DNA of 64,000 nucleotides from Gordius albopunctatus (Eukaryota). The translations under genes were made by a program, and so were the position numbers. Below are positions 51,111 to 64,000 of the stretch, in pieces (positions within the stretch are counted from its first letter, which is position 1; every line of letters begins with the position of its first letter). The DNA is taken from contig OZ193909.1 of assembly GCA_964276515.1 (NCBI GenBank), positions 20,088,001 to 20,152,000 on the forward strand, in the 5' to 3' direction. The notes below the pieces were generated by a model. It searched no databases. It had not been told where the DNA came from and saw nothing but the letters and a program-made list of their open reading frames with translations.

Positions 51111-54100
51111 CATAAGATTTGGCCTTATATATACATATCTCGCTTAAAATGGCACTGACGAGATCTAATAATCGCGAAAACGTTATATGTCTGCTGTAAT
51201 TTTCGAGTCACTTGCTAAAAAAGATAGAAATATACAGTCAAATTAGTCAATAATCAAAATTGCTTATAGATGCGCTAATTAGAGTAAACTTTTAAGTTAA
51301 TTTCGGCACTCCTAAATACAATTAATATTATCTCCTTCAAAATAAACCAACAATTGCAAATTTGTTATGAACCCAATTCCTCTTCGACGATATGATTAAC
51401 TATGGATGAAAAAATATTAGCCTCAATTAATGAACGAAAATCTAAATATTATGCGTTTAGAAAAAAGTTGATTTCTATGTTTTAAAATTCTAAAACTTGT
51501 TTCAGTATTTTTACAAAATTTTATAAGTGAAAGCTATCTAAATAAGCACAAAATTGAAAATTAATAATACAAACTCGGCAATTATTTTTTTACCCGCAAT
51601 CATTTGCCTCAAAATGAAACCACCAATATATGTTGAAACGCTTAAAATCGATGGTGAAATAATTTTAAGATTTATATTTCACGGCTTCATATTCGAAATT
51701 TAATTTAATAAAATTGCTATCAGACACGAAGGATAAAGAAGGTTTATAGGTCATTAAAATTCTAAATAAACAAATAAATTAGAAATATGAGATAATATAC
51801 TATAGGAGAGGCCGAACCATTATAATGAGATCATATGAAAGTAGGTAATTCGATTGCTTTCATATCTATCAACAAACCATATATTCTCATTATCTTGGCT
51901 GGAACCAGCCTTCCATCAGAAAGGTTCAATTTTTAAAAAATTTATCCACTTTATTATAAAACTTAAACGTGATTTAAAGGTTCCTTTATATGCAATATAT
52001 TCTTACAAATTAATATGTCAAATATAATCTTATAAAATAAATTAGTAGATTGTATTTAAATTACTGATTTATTATAAGTATAAATTCGATCGTTTACGAA
52101 ACAAAATATTTTTCACTTGCGATTGCGAATTACATAGCCGTGGCAATTGACTTACAAAAAGATTATAGTAAAAAACGTGTGCTCTAAATCGGCTTCTTTG
52201 CTGCCCTCAGCCCTTCCTGTTGTTGTAAATTTTACAACTTCACAACATATTTCCATTTAATTTTCTATCAAAAAAATTTATATTATTTATCGACTTTTCA
52301 TTGATAGTTCACAAGGTATTAGAACTATTTAAACATGTTCTTTACTAGTTTAAGCGTATGGCATGCATCAAACACAAAATAAATCCTGCACAGATCGGGT
52401 TTATGAGGACGTAGGCAGCTTCGTAAAGGATACCTGTTAGAGGGTGAGAGGTTTATTAAACTATCATGCATTATATATGGAATTCTAAGAATTTTACTTT
52501 ACAAAAATGCTAAATGCTGCAAAATTATTAAATAGTAGAGTTTGTATATAAATAAATACCGATTGTTGAGTTTTTCCCTCAAGACGGCAGCTATTCTGAA
52601 TGATTTCAATAGGAAAGATCAGCTGTTCGGCAGTTTATGTTATTATTCGTCTATGGTGCTGCCGAACGCTTTATGTCAATTTTCTGTACCAATAGACCCA
52701 ACTACGCAAACTAATGTCTTTAACCGCTTCCATTTATGCAAAGAACGGTAGCCTTCGTTTATTTCCCACACGTTCCACGCGAAAAATGCAGGCGTAACTT
52801 AAGGGTAACGCCCTAGCTTGATTTTATGCTGTTTCTTCATTGTATTAAACATTTTGCTTTATATTAGATGAGGGATTATCGATATCCCGGCTCTCCATGC
52901 CTGACAGAATTGAGGGTTTGGCCACCTACTTTCTACTTTTCTTTATGATACTAGCTCTTAATGAATTTAACTTTTGTTTAGACCGACTCGTGTTGATAGG
53001 TTAATCATGCACTTCCATTTCACGCTTCCTCAAAAGCTAGGCAATGTTAGTCTATCCCCTCACCAAAAATCTTGCTCATAGGGTGAAACCACCAGTGACA
53101 AACACAAAATGGTATTTAGCTACTAGAGGTATAGCTTTTAGGATCACGAGAGTACACGAGCTCAACCACCAATACAAAGTATTTCTGATTCCGGTGAGAT
53201 ATTAATGGTTATAAAAACTGTTAAAGTGGTACGTACACCACAATTAATATTAAAATACAAATAAGGAACACAAAATTATATTTAATGCATTTATAAGACT
53301 TATAGTTTTATTACTAAAGCATAGTATATTATAAAATTTAAAAAAATACAATATATTATGAAATTTTTGTAATATCGCTTAATACGAATAAATGTCTATT
53401 CATCAATGTCGTAAATGCGGAGGAGGGCGAGAAATTCCTTCCCCCCCCCCCCCGATTTTGTATGAAAAAAAATTATTTTATATCTAAAGTTTATATTTTA
53501 TAGTTGTGCTACGTAATTGACCAAGTAAGACACTTATTAATTGCTATGCAATTTATTGGAATTAGCTCCCAATCCAGATGAAGTTCTCGAGATATTATCG
53601 CCGGAAAAAAGAAATGATATAAATATTTTATAATGAATTTCTTTTTTTAATTTTAATGTTGAAATAAAAATGCTAAAAAAGGGCCAATCCATTTAATCTA
53701 TTTTTTGACATAGTATTTCTTATATAAAAGCTAATAGGCATCGACTATTCCCGATAATTTATCGATGAAGAACATCGAATATGAGGGTAAAAATCTTACA
53801 ATTTATTTTAGAAGTATGTATACATACATACATGCATACTTCTACAATTTATTTCCATTCGCGTTTCTGGCAAAACAATCGAAGAATTCGGAGGAAATAT
53901 TATTTTAAAATTTGCCAAAACTTGTTTCTTGTCCAAAAACCGTTCATTTTCTTTGAATATCGAGGTTTCTTAAGTTCAAAATCACACAACATAGCCTTAG
54001 GTTCGACTACTATTACTAAAGTTTCTGCTAACTGTCTGACTTGCTGAAGATCTAGGTCCTTTTTTGCAATTGCTTACATAATATTACAGATTGTCGTAGA

Positions 54101-54849
54101 GAAGTGAGCAAAGTTGCAGCTTCTGTTGCAACATCGTGATCATACCAGCTTGCTCCAATTTCTCCTTATTTGGTTTCTCTTCCATTTCTGACAACATTTA
54201 ATTTAAAACTTCATGACGTTTGAATAGATTAAATGGATTGACACTTTTATTAGCGATTCATGGGGAATTAGTTTCTACTCCAGATGACGCTGGGAAAAAG
54301 AAAATATGAAATTATTTTATAATGATTTTCTTTATGTTTTATACCAGATTTTATAATTTTGATGTTTTTGAAGTTCCTCCCCCCCCCCCCCCGGGAGAAA
54401 ATCCTAGCTACGCGTCTCTTATTCATATAAATTTTATTTTATATATGTTAGCTTATATATTGTCTTACAATAAACTAATGTATAACTGTGGAAGTTAAAT
54501 GGTTTTTGATAAATTCTACATTAGCTTTTATCTTTTGCCTTTTACTTAACTAAAGTATTTTTATCTTTTATTGTGCAAATATTGTTTTTTCGATATAGAA
54601 ACACTATAAAGGCGAAGTATAAAAATGTAATATAGCGGATAAGAAATTAATTTAAATTTCGAAAGCGTCGCATGTATAATCCGTTGAAAGCGGCCATGTT
54701 TCGGCAAGAGATTTAAAATTATAATTCGCGTTAAAAATAGCTATTTTTTCTTTAAAAAGTAGGCATGGAATATAGAAAATGGGCAGCGCCGACTAATTTC
54801 TTTAAATATTTTAATGGTGTCTGGTCCTAAAGTCTCAGAACATGAGGCA

Positions 54850-56230
54850 ATGGGCAAAAATATTTAAAGGCAAGAGAACCTGCCGTTTTTCTTCGGCGAA
54901 GGTCACAGCATTGTAATTTTTGTTGGACGGAGCAAAAATGTCTTTACAACCGAAATCCCATTTAAGGGGTAACCCATTCAGCTAAGGGATCAGGGTATAG
55001 CCTTGAGGTCGAATTCTTAATTCCAACGAAAGGTCAGGAGGCTCTATAACCAAGGGGTATTATGGGCATCTACATTTGCTTTCCTGTTGTATTCATATTT
55101 ATTAAAAAGACATTGTATGGGGTGCCCTGGGAGCAGTTCCGACAGGAAAGTTCTTTAGAAATAGGGAGTTCCCTGTCTAAGCGCGATGGAATATGATAGC
55201 TTAGGGCCCTACAATCTCAATCCAGAATGAGAACAAGGATAAACTTCTAGCTCATCATTTCGTCAAAAACCAAAGATCTTAGGTTGAAGTGCTGGCTGGC
55301 GTGGCTGCTCGATAAGAGGTAATCAAAGGAACGCGATACGAGGTCGGCATCCCGATTCTTTTGTCTTGAGGTTGAGGGGAAAGGGGTCCCTAGAACAACT
55401 CTGGCAGACCACACATCTAGAGCGAGTATTTTCGTAGAGCTATCTTAGCTTTATTATCAAGAGGTAGGAAAAAACGAGATTTGATAAATGATTTATAAGA
55501 TGGTATGGCCGCCTATTGAAAAGCCCATATTTGTAGGCTCTATTTTGATGTTCAAATGGTTTAAAAATGGGGAAAATCGGTATCAAGGCAGTTAGATTGC
55601 AAAAATTTGTTAGGGCAGTGAGTAAAACTGGAGATTTATGTTTTCAACTTTTATGAGATCTTGAAGATAGATTGGTTTAATGCCATCCAAACCTGCAGCA
55701 GAATCCATGGGAAAAGAATAGATAGCTTCACTTATATCTGAGGACTTCAAAATTATGCTGGATGGCGTACGGGGGAAGGTACAGTGTGAGTAATGTTTGG
55801 GGTGTTTTGCTAAGAGTTGTTGATATGAATCCTGAGTCCTGACTAGGGGTTACAATTGGATTATTATCCTCCAAAAATCTCATTGCTCCTTTGATGTTAA
55901 AGGAGTTAATTTTCCTTGAGATCCTATTTGCCGTTTGTTTTGGAGTAAAAGACTTTAATTGTCTTTCTGAATGTGTGTAAGGCTCAAGGGTAATATCAAA
56001 ATTCAAAATATAATTTTTAATTTTCTGTGATAAATTAGACTCTTTAGTTTGAGGTGGAGCCAAAATATGATAAGAAAATTTGATGCGTTTTTCCCATGCT
56101 GTGATTGATCAATTCTGAAAAGTTTACCTTTGAAAAATTTCTAGGCCAGATGGGAAGCGTTTACACATATATTAATAGGCTATTTTAATTAAAGCAATTA
56201 CAACAAAAGACCGGTATCGAATTTTCTTTG
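54850..56230 (-). mobile_element. Decayed, internally deleted CRE-clade non-LTR retrotransposon
   Basis: Fragments include RISRKINSFNIKGAMRFL, AIYSFPMDSAAGLDGIKPIYLQDL...LTNFCNL, SRQKNRDADLVSRS and RPQGYTLIP*LNGLPLKWDF. Confidence 0.75.
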
Positions 56231-56280
56231 GATAAGCCAAAATCCATTTTTTACTAAAATCCTATTAAAATGACACTTTT

Positions 56281-57001
56281 TAAACATTGTGCCTATTATG
56301 ATAATTATAAATTTGATTTAAAAAGTCTAAATTTTAACTTTCACTGGGGGGAAGTTTTAGATTGGGAGAAATAAAAGGGTATACAAAAAATTACATACAC
56401 GACTAAAAAAATATAAAAACGCGCTATAACTAAACGGATGGCATTGATCCGTGTATGGATATCGTGTTGGATTTAACGATTTCCACTGTGATCTTTTGCC
56501 TGATAAAAAAGTACTCTTTCAAATCTAAGGAGACGCTGGAGATCGCTTTTCCTATTTGTTTCAGGAGAGCGAAAGCTTCAACGCCTAAATTTCCAATTGT
56601 GGTTGCCACCAGAGGTCAGATTTGTTAGAATTTTTCTGCCCAAACCCGGCCCGGCCCGATTTTATAATTAATCTGCCCGCCCGAACCCTTCTATGTGTCC
56701 ACCTGGCAATGCCCGAATTATCCTAGCTGCCCGAACTGCCCGGCCCGAAATGGTGTGTTTTAAAATTTTTAACACTAATATCGTTATATTTTTTAAAATT
56801 TTATCTTAATTTTTTTAATATTTTTTTTAAATGGGGACTAGGATTAACAAACATTATGAAATCAATTTAAAAAATGGCAATATACACACAAAAACAATAT
56901 AATACATAATTTTAAAAAGAAAATTGAGCCCGAATTGCCCGAATCTTGTTATGATGCCCGCCCGGGCCCGCTCGAAAGTTAAAATTTACGACATTTGCCC
57001 G
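56281..57001. repeat. ~710-bp direct duplication, copy 2
   Basis: Matches 46695-47412 and ends inside the MITE. Confidence 0.92.
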
Positions 57002-57329
57002 CTCGGCCCGCAAAAACATATTAATGCAGTCTTAATTATTTATCTATGTTAATTTATCTTAATATTTTATAAGACATTTTTTCAATAATATATTCAAGGT
57101 AGTATCTATCTCAAATTTTTTAGGATGGCTGTAATTAATAAACACTTATGTTTAAAATTATTACTAGTAAATATAATCTTATAAATTTTTTAATACATAT
57201 TAATACAGTCTTAATTAAGTTTATTGATTTACAATTGTACTAAATTCACAACAATCTATATAATTTATCCTATCATGTAATTTTAAACACCTAGGTCTTT
57301 GGGCTTTAGCTTCCAGCTTTCTTTGAACT

Positions 57330-57935
57330 TGATATAAAATATTGCCATTGTTAATTTTTGTTTCAATATTTCTCTGGTGTTCTTTTAAAGTTTGGAAAAA
57401 CTATATATATTTGGATGTGGCAGCTTTACTCATTAATGGCATTATGGAATCCTTCCAAATGGTTATTAATAGTCCATACCAGGAGCTTCATAATTTTGCC
57501 ATAAATTATACAAACATTTTGAATGGTGGCTCGTCAACTTGCTGAAAACAATCTCACCGAATTTAATGTCCCCCAGTTAAAAAAAGGTCCCCCGTTTTGT
57601 GATTGGTTGAATGGGGAACGATTTTAAATTAGAGGACTTTTTTTTAACCGGTGAACATTAAATTCGGCGAGATTGTTTTTGCCGAGTTGATAGGGAACCA
57701 TTTTGAATATATCTAAAAAAAATTTCCAAATTGGCATTATTGAGATGTTCTGAGGAAGTTATATATTTGTTATAAACTACATCAACATCCGCTTTCCTGA
57801 GATATGGTGTATTGCATATTTTCTTAATAATTGTTAGGATATTTTTGTCTTTAATGTATTCATTACCAAGGTCCAATTTCTTAGCTTTGCCAATTATTGC
57901 TTGGGAGAAATGGAAATAGCAACGTAGTAAGAATC
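57330..57935 (-). pseudogene. Mutator/MULE transposase remnant
   Basis: Encodes CYFHFSQAIIGKAKKLDLGNEY...FFRYIQN [insertion] ...INNHLEGFHNAIN, then HPNIY in another frame. Confidence 0.8.
57525..57699. mobile_element. Palindromic Mutator-like MITE
   Basis: ~65-bp inverted arms and a perfect 9-bp TSD ATTTTGAAT. A related end lies at ~46607. Confidence 0.85.
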
Positions 57936-58699
57936 TATTTTGCTATATATTGTATAAATTTTACCCATAGACTACATAGACTACTCATGCCATATGTTCC
58001 ATATGGTAAATTGTGTGTCAAATTATCCGCCATTACAACTTGCACAACTGGTGTATTTCAACTATGCCATTTTGTGCTGTTCCACATTGTTCTCATAGAA
58101 AAACTTGGGATAAACAATATTCTTATGATAAGTAAGTAAATTATCTTTGTTTAAAAGTGAATTATATTTAAGTCAGATTGACACTAATATTATAAAATTT
58201 AAATCATAGGCAACTTTAAGAATCAACGCATATTGTTAGGCAATTTGGCCCACTAGCAAGTTTAATGACAAGGGGTTTTAAAAAATGATAAATACTATAA
58301 AAGTCCTGGATTCAGAAGATAAAAAGGGAATTCCAACCATCAATCCATTCTAGGATCTGTTCTTATCATTATTCCAAGGACATATACTATCCAACTTCTG
58401 AAAAATATCATCAATTGAGAGAAAATGCCATTCTAACAATGTTGGATTTTCCAGGACAGGTAAACCTATAAACCTTCATTATTAACCCTCCATGTACTTA
58501 TAGAAATCCCAGGTTTATAAAACCCCATTCTTAAAAATTCTAAAATTATATGCAATTTACTAAAATTAATAAAAGTGACATGTTTTATTTATTGTTATGG
58601 AGACCAAATATTTAGTAGAAATATAAAAACCAAATGTTTTTTTATTGAAAGAAGGTTTGAATAATATAAAAAACATGTATTATTTCTGGTTTTAAAGCA

Positions 58700-59075
58700 G
58701 TCCCAGAATCTGAGTCAATTTTTTGGTCATAATGAAAAGATGACAACATTCCCTGATTGTTTTTTTGGAATATAAGATACTAACGTTATATTTTCTTGAA
58801 AAAGAAAGTTTATTAATAAGACTTTTGCACTTTTTGCTTGGCCAAAAATTTTTTGTAATTTGCTTTTTATATTGCATTTTTATTTGAATTTGAGATGAGC
58901 ATTATCAACCTTGTAACTATGTCAAATGGCTTGTTACTATCTTTATAAGAATCATCTGGCTGAGAGCCTGTCTATAATTCCAAGTTATATGTATGACAAG
59001 TTTTGCATCCACAAGAGAATAGTTGAGCCCATATTTGTAAGGCTTATTTGGAATATATTGTCAAAAAGTTACCTA
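58700..59075 (-). pseudogene. piggyBac transposase remnant
   Basis: Frameshifted fragments F*QYIPNKPYKYG..LVDAK, TYNLEL*TGSQPDDSYKDSNKPFDIVTRL and FQENITLVSYIPKK. Confidence 0.75.
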
Positions 59076-60421
59076 TTTTAGCATATAAAATATTCTTGAT
59101 TTTCTATACCATATAAATATTTTGTTTTTGCAAAGTCTGTCCTAGTTCTTCTAATTAAGAATTAATATAAGAAATAAATTGAATAAAAATGTTTTGGTCA
59201 ATAACAGTAAATTTACCCTCCTTAAAATTTATATATTTAAACTAACGTTAATAAATTAATATTATGCATAATATAGATGGCGCTATATTTATTAAACAAA
59301 CATGAAATTTATTAAAGAATGATGTTTTTGATATCTACCCAATTCAATATTTTTTATTCACGTTTTTGAGATTATTTAATTTACAAAAATTACGAATTTC
59401 TATATGATTACCACTATACAATGTGCCTCTCAAGATGGCGGAAAAAAGGGTACACATTTTGTGCGTTGATAAATAGTCTCATCTTTATAGAGTATCTAGT
59501 CTATGATTAGGGAATAGTGTTTTTAGGGCTTTAATGAAAACCATCTCAAAATCAACTTGCCAAAAATAATTTTTATCTATTTAAATAACTAAGCTTACTT
59601 ATATTTTCATTATTATCTTGTTTTGCTCTCTCAACCAAAAATTTGGTAAGAGCTTGATCATATGATAGTGTAGCATTAAAATTCGGGATTATGCGATTTC
59701 GGGATATAGCCTGGGACCGTTTAAAAATATAGAGCTATCAATTTTACAATGTTAAGTCGTAATAATGAGCCGAATAACATTTTAGCACCTATTTGACCAC
59801 ATCAGCATTCCATGATTGCTCCTATTAATTTGCCTCATATAAAATTGCATCTACATAATATAAATTATAGACAATATGATACAATGATATTTTTATAGTT
59901 ATTATACCAGGTGCTCTCCTCTCGAAACCATATTTTGGACTTAACTCTACTTTGTAAGTTGCATACATTCTTAATTGCCTTATAGTAATAATAATTAAAT
60001 GAAATATGTGCCTAAGGTTAACCAATTAAGGAAGAGTGGGATTTGTTCTAGCACACGAATTAATGCATTTTATTACTGATGCAAGTAATGCTTGTTTCTA
60101 AATTTTGTAACTTTACATATGTGTCTTCTTTGTAAACCTTATTAGAAGTTATATTGATATTTGTTAAGTTCTAAATGATAAGTACAATAATACATCACAC
60201 AATTATAAAATTGTTATATTGTTAGGAAGGATATCTGGGAGAGCTAGTAAAATTAACTCAAAGATACCAGCATTCGCAACTCTATATAATAAGAGTAAAT
60301 GCTACTTATGGCATTATGAACAATACAATCATTGCGATTCCAATGTATTATTAGTGCATTTTTTTTATTATTTTAGAATGATTGATTATATGGCTGAATA
60401 GATATTATAATGTGGTTTAAT

Positions 60422-60894
60422 CGTAGACTAATAGACTGCTCATCTCTTATATATTCACGCATCAAAGGTGTTACAAAAAACGACCGCCATTTTGAAAAGT
60501 GACGTAGGAGTTTTATAGCGATGAATTGTATTGGTCAATAATCATTGATCTTATTACATGAAACAGTCCATTTTAATATTTATAGCGATTTTAAAAATTC
60601 AAAAACCCATATGAATTGGCCAAATATCACGTTAAAAAATAAGTTCAAGTGTAGATGGCGCTATAAAAGTTAATTTTATTTATAAATAATTATTAATTTT
60701 TATACCAATATTTTGATTTTCAAAAGCTCATGTTGATAAAACTCTAAATTATTTATATTTTTTATATCAAAATAAATATATAGGGCATAGCCGACCATTA
60801 TAAGCATAAACCTAACTATTCAATTCATATTTCAAAATGGATGCCAAAATTTGGAACACTTTTTAAAAGGGATTCAGCAGTCTATTAGTCTATG
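60422..60894. mobile_element. hAT-like MITE of the CATAGACTA type
   Basis: CGTAGACTAATAGACTGCT...AGCAGTCTATTAGTCTATG with TSD GGTTTAAT/GGTTAAAT. Relatives near 15290-15690, 23000-23423, 43620-44010 and 59200-59505. Confidence 0.75.
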
Positions 60895-62553
60895 GGTTAA
60901 ATACATTGAGATGTTATTGGATTAGTCTATACATTCCTCTTTTCAACCAATTTAAATACCATTTATATATAATAAGAAATGAGTATCTATTTTGTTTTAA
61001 TAAAATTAATATTCCAGAAAATAGCACAATATTAAAGGCAATAATATTTTTATGTAAAAATGTTGATTCAGATTTTAATGAAAATTGAGTAGGCGTTTTG
61101 TATTTCTTTAAAGTGAAGATGGCATCTTAGGAAAGAAAAATTTCACGAAAACTTTGAGAAAATTTCACGTGAAATTTTAAATTTCCCGTATTTCCTTTTA
61201 GTTTATGTGATATGATAAATAAATTTTTCCATTGGTATTTCACTATACTTCTTAATAATCAATTTATTTAAATCATCAGGTCTAATATTTCTTGATTTTC
61301 TAAGGTCTATCTATATATACAAAAAATCAATACTGCCATTAAAAACTTCATTGTACCTAAAAGTAAAATTCTCCATTCGATTTACAAAATCGCGATTAAG
61401 TAATAAAATTATCATGTCCTATTTATTCTAAGATCTACATTTATTAGTAAACATTCGTCTAAAAGTTTTATATGGGGGGTATTTTGATTACACGATGCTT
61501 TTAATTTAATGGGAAGGGCCGTGCAATAATCAAGCTCTTTGTGCAGTGGAAGTTGGAATATTTTTACTCCTGCTTTATCGCGGCTTCCCAACTAATTTAG
61601 TCTATCACTATTAATCACAGTAAACTCAGGAACATGCTGGCGAATGAAAAGTTTGGCAAAATATATGGAAACAATTTAAATCTAAACCGCTTACATTTTC
61701 TCGATTATTATGCTCGGTCATCTTCAGTCTATGGATGGATCGAGATGTAGAAAAACTTAATTAGAGAGCGATTGACGTTGATAAAATTGTCCATTTACGT
61801 ACACACTACATACAGAGCCTTTATTAAATTATTTGAGGTTTTTTTGAAGATAAATATATCTATATAAATTAGATGTTAAAAGGGTTGTTTTTTATGTTAA
61901 TATTATTTATTTATATTTTTAAGTTACCCTACATTGGGCTCCCTGAATATTTCCCATTTTTTCCATTATTTCTCTTATTTACTTATTATTTCTAGCCTGG
62001 AAACTTTCCCAAACTCTTGCGTTCGGTAAAATATGACATCTTTACTTCAAAATAACCATCTAACTGAATGGAATCACGAGGATCATATAATTTAATTAGA
62101 TTTATTAAATATTTGGGCGGTTTATACTAATAAAATTTGAACATTCTTATGTCAGGAAATATGATTACTGACAATATAGTTCAGCAGTATTTTAAATCCT
62201 GACACTTAGCATTTTAACACTATACATTTAATTTTAAAACATTTTGCTTATAATTTAAACAATCTTAGAATTTGACCTTACTTTTAGACCACACAAGGTA
62301 AAGTGCGGGTAAATAGAGATTTACAAATTCACCATTGTAAGCATGTAACTCAAGTTAAACTTTATTTATAAAGTAGCAATATAGGAACGACTAAAAACAA
62401 TAAAGTAACATTAAATATATATAATTTCGTAAAATATATTTGTTAAAATTGAAGTATAAAAAAATATTGTATATATGTAAATATAAGCGACATAACTATA
62501 AAAAGCGTTAAAAACAATTAAAATATATTAGTTAGGAAAGGTTTTTGGCTACA

Positions 62554-63070
62554 TCAAGCTTGAGATATGTATGGTAATGGATGTGGGAAGATAACGCGAG
62601 ATAAGACGCGTCTAACTTCCTGACACCAAACTATAAACCAACAGAGTTCTGAAACGCTACGACTACCTAAATCAAATTCAAACTCCTGACCTCCATTGTA
62701 TGACACGTTTGTACGGTAAATTCTAGCCACATCGTCAATCTTCTGTCCTGCTGAAAAATCTTGACCAGCCCCCCCAACTACAAAATATGCCCAGGGGGCT
62801 ATACCATCGTATCGAAAATTTTTAAGAACTAGAGTTCTTTGATCACGCGCATATAAATCTCCTCCTAAATTGTGGCTTTCATTTGCTAACGAACCTAGAG
62901 GTACTAAAGAATCCGATGACGTGGTACCTAAAGTTGCATGTACATAATGAATTACTATTGAATCAATTAAATTAGCTATAAATAGTGTCACAAATTTGGG
63001 CTAAAAATATATATTTAATAAAAATATATATTAGGTTTACCCTGACAAACCAACATACTAATAGAAACAT
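62554..63070 (-). CDS. Small, probably secreted single-DM13-domain protein (Skeletor-like), ~158 aa
   Basis: Encodes LGSL...SHNLGGDLYARDQRTLVLKNFRYDGIAPWAYFVVG...YNG...FDL...WFIVWC....SRV.FP. The proposed exon 1 (63041-63070, MFLLVCWFVR) and 40-nt intron are tentative; the DM13 exon is 62554-63000. Confidence 0.8.
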
Positions 63071-64000
63071 AAAGGAGTGATAGAAGGATTTGACAAATCA
63101 TATTTTTAGTCAAAATAAGAGAAAGTTTCTTAATAGAGGGGAGGAGGCAAATTAGGACGAATTAAGTATAAAAGATACGTTAAAACTCTAGCTTATATAC
63201 TTATAGTTCAACAACCTAGAGTGTACCTTAATCTTTATTTTTCATTTAATTAAAATTTATAGAGTACATTCACATATTTTTAATGAGATAAATTATATAA
63301 TTACACCTAATATGAAATTTTTATTATAAATCAATGAACCCTGTAAACATTATTCACCTAAAACACGCTTATTTCGTATTAGTTAAAATTAAATTCAGGC
63401 ACATTTAAATCTCAATTAATATAGGCCATACGAATAAATTAAGCAGTATTGTCACTTATTATAAGTTTAAAAATACATTTAGTTAACCTTATATTATCTT
63501 AAATAGCTCCCATTATTATAAAACTCTAACAAATATTTAATCGGTCTACTATTAAGTTTCCATTTTTATTATGAACTGTAATCTGAACCAACAAAATTTT
63601 CTTTAACCTGTATCATAGGTCACTATATTATTACATGCCTCAACATAAAAAAATTTGTGGTCTCAAATGGGCAATTATCGCTTTTGCTTTGAAATGTTTA
63701 CAACTAATTTAATAAAAATAAAACTTTTTATATTAATCAAAATTAATCTAATTAGAGATCGACTATTCAATAAGTGTTATCTAAGTTATTTCATATTTTA
63801 GTTAGAATAACAAGATTCTCATAACCTGTATAAAATTTAGAGCTATTCAATATTTAAATAAGGATTTGTTTATCTTAAAAGATTACATTATCATCTTTGA
63901 AGTCAGAGGGGGGGCCTTTTTACCCTCATCCCCCACCACCCCTCTAAGTGGGGTAAAGGGGAAAGAAGGGGGCAAAAAGGGGGGAGGGCAACTAACCCCT

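Noticed and set aside
47640..51320. Pack-type transposon carrying the second GT31 gene between inverted repeats at ~47650 and ~51120-51320
   Set aside because: The left copy already has its own inverted arm at ~47915-48000, so it is a self-contained MITE. No TSD flanks the larger unit.
53900..54240. Possible hAT transposase remnant
   Set aside because: Only a vague compositional resemblance (…KKPRYSKK…), with no diagnostic motif I can support.
57960..60340. Possible additional minus-strand gene (e.g. GLPVLENPTLLEWHFLSIDDIFQKLDSICPW* at ~58350-58465)
   Set aside because: I could not build a phase-consistent exon chain or recognise a protein family, and the region is interleaved with transposon debris.

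Overview
AT-rich, repeat-dense eukaryotic DNA, most likely from an invertebrate animal (inferred from gene content and GT-AG introns; the species cannot be named). The main gene is a minus-strand intersectin short form (EH-EH-coiled coil-5xSH3). I traced it by hand as 28 coding exons from ATG 32910 to stop 9741, about 1,330 aa. Two plus-strand GT31 (beta-1,3-glycosyltransferase) paralogues with uninterrupted ORFs flank it at 6859-8361 and ~48528-49825. A small single-DM13-domain gene lies at 62554-~63070. The rest is mostly transposon debris: a decayed Helitron with a Pif1 helicase remnant, two tiny non-autonomous Helitrons, a DINE-1/Helentron-like element with a central tandem array, six CRE-clade non-LTR fragments, Ty3/gypsy, MULE and piggyBac remnants, and several hAT-like MITE families with 8-bp TSDs. 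An orphan decayed copy of one intersectin exon sits upstream of the gene, and a ~710-bp direct duplication brackets the second GT31 gene. I found no convincing new multi-gene system; the most unusual items are listed as findings. All splice models are manual and lack transcript support.
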